Of a DNA stretch of 64,000 nt, positions 1 to 14,700 are shown in pieces. The notes under the pieces were generated by a model. That model was not told the origin of the DNA. It did not search any database and saw nothing but the letters and a program-made list of their open reading frames with translations. This DNA is from Camelus ferus (taxonomy: Eukaryota), in assembly GCF_009834535.1 (NCBI RefSeq), contig NC_045697.1, forward strand, positions 45,758,001 to 45,822,000, given 5' to 3'. Positions within the stretch are counted from its first letter, which is position 1. Each line of letters opens with the position of its first letter. The position numbers and the translations under genes are program-made.

Positions 1-560
1 CTTTCTTTAGTTGTTTCATAAGGGAGGTAAATCTGGTCCCCATTACTCCACAGTGGTCAGGTATAAAATCTTAACTATTTATACACCAAGCAGGGCTGGT
101 ATCTCTCATTCACCTGCTTCTTCTCTCACTTCTCCATCTATGCACTAAGACAGGAGCAGCAAAGGTCTTAATTCATTAATTTCTCTTCTTTCATTTTTTT
201 GTGATTAAAAACATTTGGTGCTTCAACTTTTCTTCTGATTGCTGTTTAACTATGTCATTGGTCCTAATATGTGGTGTTTTAATTATTATTATTATTTGCA
301 AATTTTGTTGTTTCAGTATATTTTTCCCTTTTTATCTGAAAGTTGTTTAATATAAGATTTTATTTTTCATTTATAGATGGAAGGACTTTTAGGTCTTTAT
401 TTTGTGAATAATTTCTGATTTTATTAACTTGTGATTGAAGAGTGTTTTTTGTAATATTTTTACAGCAGGACACTTACTGATGTTTTATTTATGACTTAAT
501 ATATGATTGAATTTTCAAATTCTTATATGTTTTTTAAGAACTACTTTATTTTTTGTCCTT
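1..560 (-). mobile_element. Highly decayed ancient L1 (L1M-type) fragment(s)
   Basis: T-rich strand with L1M antisense-like text (gtcattggtcctaatatgtgg; tgtgattgaagagtg; ttatgacttaatatatga). Recognised from memory only. Confidence 0.35.
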
Positions 561-1899
561 ATTTTCAATAGTTTAAAAACCCTCTCTTTGACTTCCATTA
601 TATTCCCTACAGTCCCCCTACCATTAATTATTTACTCTTGACAACTGTTCAAAATACTATTCAGAGACACTGCTCCTGCATATTTGCATTAATAAAAATA
701 ACTGTCTTAAGCACATTCCTTACTGAAGAGATCCTTTCCTCTCCACCTGTGTATTCTTCAGTTCACCAAAAATGTGAGCATAATGTGGGTACCACAGATA
801 CCAGGTTGAAGACTCGGTCCCTGTCCTAGAGGAAGCATGCTAATCTGCCAGGGTTTTCTCCTCCTCAAGTTTTGCTAGAACCCCTCATGGTTTTGTTTCC
901 ATATTTTAAAGTGCAATATTCCAAAGGCTTACTACTCACATGAAGTGTTACTCAAATTATTGTAGAGTCTATCTAGAAACACCATGTTGATGATCACTAA
1001 CAACAGATTGTGTATCATCTTCACCTCTTCATATTCTGTCTTACCTTTCCTTGAGTTACAAAGAGTTTGGCTTCAACAATTAGTAGGGCATTACTATTAT
1101 CAAGTGTAATACTAAAGGAGAAGTCATAGAAAAATAATAGATACTGGAGAATTAACATACAATTATAATTATAAAACTAAACATGGTCAAAAAGTTATGG
1201 TGATTAATAATGAAAAGGTATTTTTGAAATGGGGAAAGTCAAATGTTTCAACTAGTTCACAGTTGTACATCTAAGATTTTATAAAAGTAAAACTTCATGA
1301 TTAATAGAATAAAGCAAGAATTAGACTAACTCCACCTTAATTTTTGTTTGTACAATATAGTGATAAAAATACCAACGTTATGGGATTGTTGATAAGATCA
1401 GAACTAACAAATGCAAAGGCTTTCTTGACCCATAGCAGGCACTGGATATACAGTAGTTCTTGTTTTCATTATTATTAATGCATTCTTATGTAAAGATAGA
1501 CATAAAAATTTTTTAAACAAAGATCCTCAGACATAAATAACTTAAAGGCCTTTCCAGGATACATTCTGGAGGAATTTAAATGTTTTGTCTACCAGTAGTT
1601 GGAAAGAAAGAGTAGAAGTCATATGTGATTTCTGCTGACCTGAGTTTATTTCCAGTAACACACAGTGGTCACAACAAAGCATTCAAATATGACTTTGTAT
1701 ATTTCAAATGTCATGGGAGAAGCTGGAACTACACAGGAGAAAATCATTGCCAGACGTTCTGGTTCTCTTCTCTTATTTAAAAACAGCCGACTCAACTCAC
1801 CCTTCGGTTTTCTGCTTTAACATGCTCACTTCCTTAGTGAAGCCATCCCCTTTAGGCTAGGCTACTAGAATTGGTCCTATGGCCTAACCCCAAATTCCC

Positions 1900-2090
1900 C
1901 CATCATAATATTCATCACGATTTTCATATTTCTTGTGTAGTCATATTTCTTCTCAATATATTGCAAACTCCATAAAAAGAGGAGACATGTCTGCTTTATT
2001 CCTTGTTGCCTCAGCACCACGAAGACTATTTGACGCAATGTTTGAAACTCAATCAATATTTATTAAATAAATGATTGAGTAAACAAATAA
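1900..2090 (+). mobile_element. L2 3' end relic
   Basis: tgcaaactccat...gagacatgtctgctttattc...ctcaatcaatatttattaaataaatga matches the typical L2 3' terminus. Confidence 0.55.
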
Positions 2091-5000
2091 ATTCCCTAAC
2101 AGATGTGCAAACTTCTATGAAGAGCCAGAGATAGTTCTAGAATCTGGGTCTGAAGCAAACAACAGAGAACATGCAAGCACACTCCTCCAAAGGTTTTGAC
2201 AGAGTGAGAAAACATTATCTGCATCTCCAGGGCAACCTCTCTATTACTGATGGTCACAGCAGACCTTCAGAGACCTTCAGGACTGGCGTTGCTTTAGAAC
2301 CAGCTAGGACCTCTTAATCCAGAGCTACGCACTGAATGTGTACATATTCAGATTCAACTAAGCTAGTCGTAGAGAAGTAGCTATGTATCAGGCTTGGAGA
2401 GCTATGTGCTTTATCATGTCATTTTACTCAAAGGCACAAACTATAAGGGAGCAAGATGATCATTTCTATTATAGATAAGGATAGTGGCTACAAAAGATAT
2501 CATAACTTTAGCTAAATCATGTAGATTACCCATAAAAGAACCAGGATGCATATACAAGTTGTAAGCTCACATGTCGGGAGTGAACGTTTTACGGTAAGGC
2601 ACAGTGAAGCGATTATGTTCAAGTTGTTTTTGCATAGGCATGAGCAGGTCTGCACATGTCATCAACAGACTCAACTGAAGCTCAAATTACCTTAGTGATA
2701 ACCAAGTGTATTTTAGCTATAGGGTATTCTAGGAGTTATCCTTTCTGACATTTCTCCTGCTGTCAGACATGAGATATGTTAGCTTTCTAAGTTTCTTTTT
2801 CCTTATCTGTGAAGTGAAACTACTATGTGCCTTTTTCCTCTCATAGGGTCATTTGGAGGAACAAATAAGACACCCATATAGAAGCCGCACTGTGTTAATA
2901 TTAGCACTTCAAGGTTTTAAAGGGATTGTTAACACAGCTATCATCTTGATTTTCTTACTCTGCTTTACTGAACAACGTCTGTTCTCGTCCTTATTTTTGT
3001 TTGGAGTTGTATAGCCTTTTAGGTTACTACTCCTGGATTTTTTAAGTCCTATGAAAATTATTCTAGTATGTTTACATATAGGAAAGTTATTTTCAGATTC
3101 TGACATGATGAAAAATCAAATCAAGGTCCCAGAAAAATAACAGCTGCTTACATTTAAGGTTTGCTTTATCTTGGTTACCACTGAAATGCGTACAAATTCA
3201 AGGTTTGATGGAAACAAAACTGGATGTGACTTTTAAACATAGCTCTGCATTTATCAGCATTACAACCCTTAGTTTGAAATCCTTACCAATAAAATGGGGA
3301 TAATAACAAACCCTAAACTTCTTAAAATCATCAAATTCCATCAAATTGTGAATAGTAGTATTATAAAGAGTTTAGGGTTACTCACATAGTCAATATTTAA
3401 AGAAGACATGCATTCAAAGGGAAAAGGTGTATTAAAATCAATTTTTATTTGTATTTTTAAAAACAAATGTTTTATTTCTGAAAAGCACTTACCTCTAATG
3501 TTAACTAAATTGATGAGCAAGAGAGTATATTTCTTTGACAACACTATGTCAACTCATTTAGGCCTTTTGGAAATGCAATATTTATGACAACTCTCAATTA
3601 AAAAGTATGCTATTTCCACATCAGAAACAAGAAAAATGATTATGCCATCACGATACACAAAACAAAACTTTTTGGGGAAAATATTTCTTGATCTGTTATT
3701 ATCAACAGCAAACAGACCTAAGTATTTTCAGGATTTGCAAGGAGATCAAAATATTTCTGAGGTAAGCCAACTTGTCATTTTTTTTCTCCTCTCTTAAAGG
3801 CTGGGTCATACAGAGGCAGCAAAATGTTTTGTGTTTCTTTGACTGTGTTCCACCCAAATCACACAGCCAAGTTTCAGTACTATTATGTTTATATAGTGAA
3901 CTTCAGATACCTATTTCCTAATTTGGATTGATCAGAACATCTTCAAAACATCTGCCCAAGTTGGTACACTGCCCAGGAAGTCTAACAACTTTTGTGAAGA
4001 GAAAATGAGATTTATGGGCTAAGACAGGGAACTACCTGGAAAATTATGAGGTTTTAGTAAGGCTATCAGTACATCTGACTTTGCCAAGAGTCAGCCATGT
4101 GGAATGCAATAAAAACTCTAGGCAGCTTTAAAATAAACTCTTTGATTAAAAGCAATTATAAAAAATTGTCAGCTGTCCGAACTGATATTTTTCCTTGGAA
4201 TAATGTAAGAAGTCAGTGTCGGAAGTGTGATTAGTAGATTTCCAAAACTAGCTCAATTTTCCTACATGATATAGTCTGGAGGTAATGGGAAAGCCAGCTT
4301 TCTCGAAACTTTATCTCCCTTCCAAGTCCTAAGATGCTTACAACTTGAGTTTCTAAACAGGTCTTGTAAGACTTTCCAAAGGGAAGGGGCATATAGCAAG
4401 GTGAGGGTGTAACATATGTAAATAAACTGGATTATTGTGACACAGCATTAAAAGAGAGCATTTTCTTTGATGGATTCACCATTACGCCAAGCCAATCCTC
4501 AGTGTGTCAGACTTAGAAATTTGATTTGTGAGTACTCTGGGAATGGATTTGCATCTCAGAAATGGACTCAGAGAGGCTTGTAGACATGTAACAGATAAAA
4601 CCAGATGCTATTCTAAGGATTAAAATTGAGAACTGTAACAGCCTACATATCCAGGTGCTCAGCCTTTCCTCAGAGCACTCTCTCCAGGCAGTCCAATCAC
4701 AATGAAAGTGAAATTGTAATCAGAAGTTTGCTTTGAAGGACAGAATCCAAATAAGGATTATTTACTATGTAATCTGCATGTTTAAATTCATCATACCAGA
4801 TAACTATTTAAAAATTAGAGTTAATCCTTTCAGGAAGCAACCGTTTCCAAGCCTCTCTCTTCCCTTCTGTCCCTCTGTAGCCCACTCTTCATGTAAAAAA
4901 ATCCTCAAGGAGGAATATCCCACTGAGTCACTAACACAGATGTTAAAATCAGTGTCTCAGATAGCTTTTATCCTAAGAGGTGGAGGAAACAGCATTAAAT

Positions 5001-5324
5001 CACCAATAACCTCAGGAAGAGGATAAAAGCCAACAAGAAATAAGGGTGAAGAGACAAGAAGGGCTGAAGATATTTTCTACTAATTCATTCATTTAATAGG
5101 GCCTGCTTTGTGGTTTACTGCTGTTTGGGGATGAGCAGATTCCTCTGGAGTTTAAGCACCTCTCAGAATGACTGCAAACTTGGAAGTTAAATGCCTCTTT
5201 GCAGCTTGGGCAAAAGCAGTGACTTACTTGATTACTTTAGGAGACACATTTATTCAGTTTTTATTCTGAAAGTCATGACTTTATTATTTTATGCAAACTT
5301 AAAGTTACATATTACATAAACTTG

Positions 5325-5545
5325 GTTGCACAGCATAGTAGTTAAGATCATGGCTCTAAAAAAGATCTGGCTTTGAGTCTCAGCTCATCCAATTCCTAGT
5401 TGTGTGAACTTTTCTAAACAAGGGGATAACAAGAGTACCTAACTTACAAAGTCAAAGTAAGGATTGCACTGGAGCATGTAAAGACTTGGCGGAGTGCCTG
5501 GCACCTAGTAAGGGCTCCATAAATTCTGGTTGCTACTGATGTTGC
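5325..5545 (+). mobile_element. MIR SINE
   Basis: gcatagtagttaagatcatggctct...ggggataacaagagtacctaac...gtgcctggcacctagtaagggctccataaat follows the MIR head, core and tail. Confidence 0.7.
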
Positions 5546-5809
5546 CACCAATGTTTCCACTGTTGCTTTGGTGATGGCTTTGTGGGATTCTTCTGATATC
5601 CTCAGATTCTTCCTACATTATAGAAAACAATTTATTTCCTATGGACTAAGAACAGCCCACTTCAGACTACCGTCATCTCTTGTTTGGCCTCTTGCCTTAA
5701 AGTCTGATAGTTCTCTTCTCAGAACTGCACACAGCTGCTTATTGCACAGCTGGATATGCAATTTTTCTGACTTCAATTCTTCAAGGATCCCCGCTAAAAC
5801 CTATTAACA

Positions 5810-6102
5810 GAGTCCTTGTAGCCAAGCATTTGCCCAGCTCTCCAGCCTCTTCTTTTTACTTTATAATCAATCAACACCATTGACCTTTAGTTCTTTATAC
5901 ATGGTGCTATCTCTCACTTCCATGACTTTGCTCCAGTCTTTCTGCTCTCCTGGAACACACTCTCATGCTCCATCTATCAGGTTAACTCCTGCATATCCTG
6001 AAATAGTCAGTTTTTACACCCTCTCCTACCCTTCCAACTCAATGGCTAACTCACCACTGCCCTCCAGCACCCAGCACAGTGCTCAAAGAACAAATGAATG
6101 AT
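5810..6102 (+). mobile_element. L2 relic
   Basis: Pyrimidine-rich L2-like body ending cagcacccagcacagtgctcaaagaacaaatgaatga. Confidence 0.45.
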
Positions 6103-6217
6103 AGGATATCCCTCTGATAGAATACCATACTACAGAGAGATGAGGAAATGGGAGGCATAAGAAAGATTCAGTTTGCAGGTTTGAAGTGTGATATTGATCA
6201 GATTGTGAAAAAGTCTT

Positions 6218-6243
6218 CACACACACACACACACACACACACA
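6218..6243. repeat. (CA)13 microsatellite
   Basis: Perfect CA dinucleotide run. Confidence 0.95.
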
Positions 6244-7369
6244 TAGCAGAACTTTTAGTACCATTTTGTTTAATCTAAAGGTCAATAGCTCATTTTGGGA
6301 TAAACTATTCACTGATTTGTTGAATTAATCAGGTTATTATGAAGGACAAATGATTCCAAATCATTTTCATATTTGATTTCTAAAACATCTTTGGATCTAT
6401 TATATTTGATTGTTGATTTGAAAGTTTACATTTTAACAAAAAAAAAAATTAAAGATTGTTAAGAATGGATCATACAATTAGTCATCATTACTGACTTACA
6501 CATTTAATTTGCTCAAGTCAAAACAAGATTTTTTTGTACAGCCAGCACTACAAGCTCAAGCTAGCAGCTAAGAAACGATGATTGCCGTTGTTAGTTGGTC
6601 TGCCATTGGATAACTTTATGTTATCACATATAACCTAGTTTCTGGACTTAGTGTTTATCTGAAGTTTTTATTGACACATGAGGTTAAGTGAAGCTAATCT
6701 CCTCTATCCTGGGTGTATCACCTTTGTAATGTTAACAGTGGTAAAGATGTAGGGGTTTTTTCCTCAGTATGCTAAACAGTCATAATTCAGATAGTACTTA
6801 AGGAGCAGATGTTAGGAGATAATGGTTTTCAGGACAGTAGGGTCATCGAGCAGTAACCAAATGCCTTAGGTACATAAAGGGGGCATGTTGTCACAGACCT
6901 ATACCTTTAGCTTTCAAGAAGTGTGTTTACCTCATAACTACAGCCTCCGCATGTGTGAACCCACCAGAAATTTGGCTTAATTAGAATATGAAGGAGTTTA
7001 TGAATGACATTTTGAACTAGATGACTACTGCCTCTTCACTGCTAATTTAAGCACAGAGGAGTCTCCATTTTAGAAATGAAATGCATGCAAAGGACGTAAC
7101 TTTAAACACTGGGATGAGAACTGGAACTTCACATTTTAATCTACTTTAAGATTGTGTTCTACAATGCCCAAAGAAGTATCTCTTAAGCCTAATTAGAAGG
7201 TCCAAACTTGAAGTAACCTCATCTTGATGAAAGATAGCAACTCATTTTTCCAGCATAATTAGAAAATATGCCACTCTAGATCAGAACATCTCCAAGATGA
7301 CTAAATACTTCTTATTTTCAGGCCTGTAATTTTAAAAAATATCCATAGTAAAGGCTATAGCCATAGTTT

Positions 7370-7600
7370 AAGGAAGTATGGTATAATGGGAAGACCTTCA
7401 GTCTTGGTTCCAGTTAGGTGAGAATTAGGACCCTGGCCCTGCTACTCACAAAATACGGGCCTTAGACAAGTCATTAGCATCCCTTAGCATTAATTTCATC
7501 ATCTGTAAAATGAACATAAATGTTAAATACCCTATAAGGTGGTTCTGAGAGTTGGTCTCAGCACATAAAAGGAGGCCAATAATTAGCCAGTATTATTGTT
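7370..7600 (+). mobile_element. MIR SINE
   Basis: MIR core: ggccttagacaagtcattagcatccc...tttcatcatctgtaaaatg. Confidence 0.65.
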
Positions 7601-10119
7601 TTTTAATCATTATCTGTAGAGACTAATGGAATTTTAGAGCCAAAAACAACAATAAAAGACAACAGAGAGGTACAGAGGTCTTAAATTCAAATGCTGTCAG
7701 GGGCAAAGCAAATGCCCCGGCTAGAGCGAAGAAGTCCTGGGTAGAATCAGGGAATGTATGAAAGCCTCTTTAAGGCTGTAGATTCAAAATCTTTTAAACA
7801 TCAAGGACAAAATAGTCTCACTTCAGTTCTTCAAAATAGAGACCAGGCCATCAATATGTAATGCTTGATATTCCAACATAATAATTTTAAAAGTAAGAAA
7901 GTCAATGCTCAGGGAGATTGTTTCTTGTTCTAATCACCCACTAGCTTAGTGGCAGAGATGGAATCATAATTTGCTTCCCTAGAGCTTCTTTCTTTCATTC
8001 CCAAGTTTATCTCTTTCTGGCATCTCTAAAAAAATCGAATTTTGTTTTCTGTTTTCTGCATGTTGCTTTCCTGGGATAAAGGAAGTCTATTTTCCTCAAT
8101 CATTCTGGCCAATGAAAAGACAACTTCACCTACCTCCACACTGGGACTCAAATAATGAGGCTCAGATAAAATGCTCTCTCAGCTCACATTCTTCTGATTT
8201 TTCAGGTTACAAAGCTTTAGTTCCTCTTTAAGCCCCAGTTTCTAAATCCCTAAAAATTTGTTCAGCTATTCTATTATCACCACGGCCTCATATAATTCAA
8301 TTTTGATTTACCTTTCTCATTGTTCTGAGACCAGTATCTCCAGCTACCATTCATTGATTTTTATTGCTTATCAGTGATATAATGAGAAGTCAATCAGTTG
8401 TGCACAACTTATTCCACATATGTAACTGTAAATATTAAGTATACAGGTTCTAGTGTGCTCTGGCTGAATAACTGTAATAGTTGTTAACATTTTATGTGCT
8501 TAATAACTATCACAGGGACTTTAAAGTTTTAATAATTTTAAAGAAAATGAGAGTCCCCATCATCCATTGGCCCATGCTCCCCCCATCTTCCTACCTTTCT
8601 TCCTCAGTTATGTCTTGAGCTCCTACAATGTTCAAGCAGTGTTGAAGCAAAACCCAAGATTTTTGTACAGCGCCACCAACCTGAGTGAAATTTGGATCAT
8701 TGTATAAATGTTGACTTAGCAAAATACACTTCTCGTTCAACCAGTTTGTTCAACCCTGTGCTTAGTGACTGAAAGGACCCAGGCTGTGTTTGTGTTACAT
8801 TTTATCTAGCTTGCGGATGATGGAACACCACGGGCCTGCACTAATCAGATTGTCCAGCATCTGAACTACTAGAGGGTAGGTGAAGCACTGATCCACTAAG
8901 ATTGAAGAAGCAAGTTAAACTTGGAAAGAAACTTGCTCAATAATAGCTCTAAATCATAGGGGTAGTGATTTATACTAAAATATGAATGAGGACAACAGCA
9001 ATAAATAACAATGCTTCTGACAACCCTGATATTTAACCCAGATTATTTATATGTCTTTCAGGCTTATACTTGTTTGCAACCTTGGCAAAATTTTCTCTTG
9101 TTTTTATACTTTACAACAGCATCATTTGCTTTCATTTACCCATACAACAGAGAGCTGTAAGTCAAAACGTCTTTCAAAGGAGCCACATCCTTTAACAAAT
9201 GTAGAACATGTGGAAGAATCAAACAGCTAAACTCTAAAAAGAAAAATGGATTTTCCCAGCTACTGATATCTAAATGTAAAAACACTTGGTTATATATATG
9301 CTTTCGTTATAACATTTATTGGGCTCATTATGTTTTAGTATACTTTTCCCAAATTTTGAAAAAAAGCAAAAGTGTTAATAGCCATAGTATTTATAATAGA
9401 AAAAACAGAGCTGACATTTATTTTGTGTGACTTTTACAGTTTTAAGGCTGATACTCCACAGGTCAGATGTCAAATTAACCACACCTCAATTCCCTCTTTA
9501 AATATGTTTTCATTTACATTTGAAAAAATGCTTATAGTCATCTATTTTAGTATTTTATACTGTGTTTTTGGTTATTAGTAATAAAAAGTTCAAATTCAAG
9601 GGCATTTTCTTATGATGTATCAGCCTTATATGCTATTTGCTTTTAACTACATTATTATTTTGATTGTTTTTTTGTGTGAGTGATCACAGAATTTATCATA
9701 TAATGAGTTGAAAACTGCTTAAGTGACTCTCTCCATTGAAAAAGCTATTTGCACAGGCCCATATGTACTTCTTTCAGTATGTTAAAAATACTAACATCAA
9801 AGGCATTTTTAATAAATATTTTACACTAATTTAAAATAGAATCCTAGCAAACCTTATAAGAAAAATACCACCTGACAGTCTTTCCCAATTGAACTTCTCT
9901 ATGAAGAGTATAATTTGAACTATAATTAGTACATTGAATCTAATACAGAAAATGACAGACATCGTGTGGAATGTTGGACTCAGTTTTTAACTTAGGTTCA
10001 GAAAAATAGAAAGAATCTGGAATACATTCACATGAAGAGCAAAAAGACAAAAAAAAGTTCCTTACTAGGATTGAACTCTAATCTAAGTGGTCTACAAAGA
10101 TAACAAAAATGTAAAAGCA

Positions 10120-10304
10120 CATAAATAACAGGATGTTATGAACACATAGAGAATATAGCCAATAATATTTCAACAACTTTGTATGGTGATGGATGGTAAC
10201 TGGCTTTATTGCAATCATTTCACAGTGTACAAAAATATTGATTCACTATGTTGTACCCCTAAAACTAATATAATATTGTAAGTTAAGTATAACCCAATAA
10301 AAAG
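10120..10304 (+). mobile_element. 5'-truncated L1 3' end (L1MA9-like) with TSD
   Basis: actttgtatggtgatggatggtaactgg...ctatgttgtacccctaaaactaatataatattgta...aataaaaa. Flanked by the direct repeat tgtaaaagca (10110-10119 and 10305-10314). Confidence 0.75.
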
Positions 10305-11789
10305 TGTAAAAGCATAAAGCATACATTTGATCAGTCCTTTCTTTCTAGCCAGCTCAAAAGGAGAGCTGATTGAAATCTAACAGGAAAACATTGTGTATGC
10401 ATCAAATGATCAAACTGTGAAACTCATACCAAATGAAACAATTTAACTGAAAAACTTGCACAGAGTTGAATATGCTAGTGACCGGCTGCCACTCAGATAT
10501 ACTAGTAAAGTTACCACTCCTGATGGCTATTGATACTGGGTCCAGATTTCCTGATTTGAAACAAATAGTCTCAAGCTTAAACTACTTGTCCTTCATGGAT
10601 GAAAATAATCAAAAGGTCCTGATTTGTGTTGGCTGGGTCTTCAGATAGTCCCTCATCAAATTCCTTACATTTTCCTTCCCCCAAAGACCACTTAATCTAA
10701 TTCATCACAGCTAGAGTAGTTGTGGCAAATGGATACATGTACAACTTTAATTTCTTGAACTATAGAAGAATGCTCATTTGCTCCAATTTTGTGTTTGCTA
10801 CACAGATAGTTATAATTTAGCAACATGTGTGACTCACTAAATGAAGTTTTAAAATGTTCAAAGTTGGAAATAATGGGATTACTGTCCAGATAAGAGACAG
10901 AAATAAAGTGGAATAAAACACTTGGGGCTCTAGAATTTATTTTCTATGCCTAGGACCAGAATATTGGGAATTAAGAAGGATTGTGGAAAAAAAAAAAAAA
11001 CTTTGAAAGGAGAGCTATTAAGCTGTAGTAATGGTGAGGTTATGTATGCTCTAGAATTTACATAAATTTAATACTCAAAATAAATATTTACAGCATAGTC
11101 TAAAGTAGAGGCAATCTAAATGTCAAAGTGAAGAAGTAGATTATTGGTGACTACAAAGGTTATCAGGAAAGAAAGATATGATGAAAGAATGTTAGTTGAG
11201 AGACTGCTAGAATGGCTGTTTAACCAATGTGGCTAAAAGAAGAAAGCAAGTTACATAAGAATGAGATTGAAGACATACTATCATGGGGAGCAAAACTTAT
11301 GGCCAGAGTAGCCATAATTAATGACTGAAATGTGGGAAGGCTGAAAATACAGGAGTTTCTTGTTTTACAACGTTGATGATGCTGGACATGAAGCAGTTTC
11401 GAATGACATGTGGAGTAACTGTGCAAGTGGGTAACTGCCAAATTGTAGCAAAGGAACCTAAAAGAGTCAGAAGGACAAGAAATTATAAGATCAGAACATT
11501 AAGACTGTCACTATATAAATGCTGAAGTTACTAAAAGTAAATATAATTGATGAGTGAAAGGAAAAAATGTGTGAATTTGCTAACAATATACTTGAGAAGG
11601 ATAAATTCCTTCACTCTTTTGTATAACCATCTCACATTTGTTGAGTTCCTTCTACTTTTCAATGACACTGAACCAAGTGCAAGAAGAAAACTTATTTCTT
11701 TACCTTAGAGATAAAAGTTGGAACCAAATTTATACGTGAGTAATATGGATTTGAAAATAAAGTCAAAAGAACTTAATTCTTTCATCAGT

Positions 11790-14700
11790 AATAAAGCTAT
11801 CCTAAAAGAAAGGTTAAAGAGTCTTCTCTAAGTGGACAAGAAGTAATAATCTATAGAAAGAGAAAATCCCACTAGGAAAGGCAAATATATAGTAAGGACT
11901 AAGGGTCAACAACTTAAATAAACTAGTACAATGATTAAAAGACAAAAAATTATATAAAAGCAACTATAACTACAATAAACAGTTAAGGGATAAATATGAA
12001 GACATAAAATATGACATCAAAAACACAAAATGTGGAGGAGGGAGGTAAAATGTAGATCTTTTAGAATGTGTTTGAATTTAAATGACTACCAGCATAAACA
12101 AGTAGATATAATAGGTTAACATATATGAACCCCATGCTAACCACAGATCAAAAACTTACAATGCACACACAAAAACTAAAACAAAAGGAACACAAGCATA
12201 CTACTAATGAAAATCATAAAACCACAAGGAAAGAAACAAAAAGAAGAAATGAACAAAAAAAACTACAAAACAACCGGAAAACAGGCAATAAAATGGCAGT
12301 AAATACATACCTATAAATATTTAATTTAAATGTCAATGGATCAAATGCTCCTATGAAAAGACATAGGGTGGCAGATTGGATTGAAAAACAGGACCATTCA
12401 ATATGCTACCTACAAGAGACTCACTTCAGGGCTAAAGATACACATAGACTGAAAGTGAGTGGATGGAAAAAGAAGTTTCGTGCAAACTGAAATGACAAAA
12501 AGAGGAGTAACAATATATGTACCAGACAAAATAGACTTTAAAACAAAGGCTCTAAGAAAAGACAAAGAAGGACATTATACAATGATAAAGAGATCAGTAC
12601 AAGAGATATTATACTTTTAACATGTATGCACTCAATATGAAACATATAAAGCAAATATATAAAGCAAATGCTATGAGACTTAAAGGGAGAAATTGACAAT
12701 ACAATAATAATAGGGGATGTTACACCGATACCAATGGATAGATCATCCACACAGAAAGTCAATAAGGTAACAAAGGTCTTAGATGCTACAACAGACTGGT
12801 TAAACTTAATAGATATTTACAGGACATGACAACCAAAAACAGCCGAATACAAATTCTTTCAAATGCATATGGAATATTCTCCAAGATAGATTACATACCA
12901 GGTTGCAAAACAAGCCTCAACAAATTGAAGAGGATAGAAATCATATCAAGCATTTTCATGGACCACAACAATAGGAAACTGGAAATCAACTCATAAAGAA
13001 AAGTGGGAAAAGAACAAACACACATGGAGAATAAACAACATGCTCCTTAAAAACCAAAACAGGTCAATGAAGAAATCAAAGAGTAAATCAGAAAATACCT
13101 CAAGACAAATGAATATAGGAATACAACACTCCAAAATCTAGGGGACACAGCAAGAGCAGTTCTAAGAGGGAAATTTATAACAATACAGGCCTTCCTTAAG
13201 AAATAAGAAAAGTCTCAAATAAATGACCTAACCTACCACCTAAAGGAATTAGAAAAAGAAGAACAAACAAAGCCCAAAGTCAGCAGAAAGCAGAAATAAT
13301 AAAGATCATGGAGGGAATAAATAAAATAGAGATCTAAAAAAATAATAGGAAAGATCAATAAAACCAAGGGGTGCTTTTTTGAAAAGATAAACAAAATTGA
13401 TAAACCTTTAGCCTGGCTCACCAAGAAGAAAAGAGAGGGGACACAAATAAACAAAATAAGAAAGGAAAGAGAAGAAATAGAACCCATACCACAGAGATAT
13501 AAAAAATCAGAAGAAAATACTACGTATATTTATACACCAAGCAACTGGACAATACAGAAGAAACTGACAAGTTTATAGAAAGATTAAACCTGCCAAGATT
13601 GAATTAAGAAGAAACAAATAATTTGAACATACCAATCACTAGTAGTGAAATTAATAAAATTTCTGTAATAAAAGCACTCCCAGCAAACAAAAGCCAGGAC
13701 TGGATGGTTTCACAGGAGAACTCTACCAAACATATAAAGAAGACCTAGTAACTATCTTTCTCAAACTAGTCCAAAATATTGAAGAGGATGTAACATTCCC
13801 AAATTCATACTACAAGGCCACCATTACCCAAATACCAAAATGAGATGAAGACACTACAAAAAAAGAAAACCATAGGCCAATATCTTTGATGAATATAGAT
13901 GCAAAAATCCTCAACAACATATTAGCAAATCAAAAACAACAATATATAAAAAGGATAACACACTATGATCAAGTTGGATTTACTGCAGGGATGCAAGAAC
14001 GGTTCAATATTTCAAATCAATCAATATGATACACCACATTAACAAAAGGATGGGAAAAATTACCTGATCATCTCAGCAGATGCAGAAAAAGCATTTGACA
14101 AAAATGGACATCCCTCCATGATAAAAAAGAAAACAAAACAGAACAAAACAAAAACTAACTCTCGTCGAAGTGGGTATAGAGGGACATACCTCAACATAAT
14201 TAAGGCCATTTATGACAAACTCACATCATACTTAACAAGAAAAGGAAATAAAAGGCACCCATACTTGAAGGGAAAAAGTAAAACTGTCACTGGCTGCAGA
14301 TGACATGATTACTTTATACAGAAAACCCTAAAGTTTCCACCAAAAAATATTAGAACTAATAAATGAATTCATCAAAGTTTCAGGATACAAGATCAATATA
14401 CAGAAATCTGTTGCTTTTCTATATATACACTAATAATTAACCATCAGATAGAGAAAATTAAAAGTAATCCTGTTTAAAATTGCATCAAAAAGAAAAAAAT
14501 ATTTAGGAATAAACTTAACCAAGGAAGTGGAAGTCCTATACTCTGAAAACTATGGAACACTGATGAAGAAAACTCAAGATAATACAAAGAAATGGAAAGA
14601 TATCCTGTGCTCTTGAACTGGAAGAATTAATGTTAAAATATCCATATTACCAACAGCAATATACAGACTTAATGCAACCCCTACCAAAATGCCCATGACA

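Noticed and set aside
6572..6668. Possible C/D snoRNA (atgatt...ctga with short aaac/gttt ends)
   Set aside because: The C box is imperfect, no rRNA or snRNA guide is recognisable, and it lies opposite the inferred host strand.
8660..8885. CTCF-like motifs (cagcgccacc; ctactagagggtag)
   Set aside because: Both have mismatches at key consensus positions.
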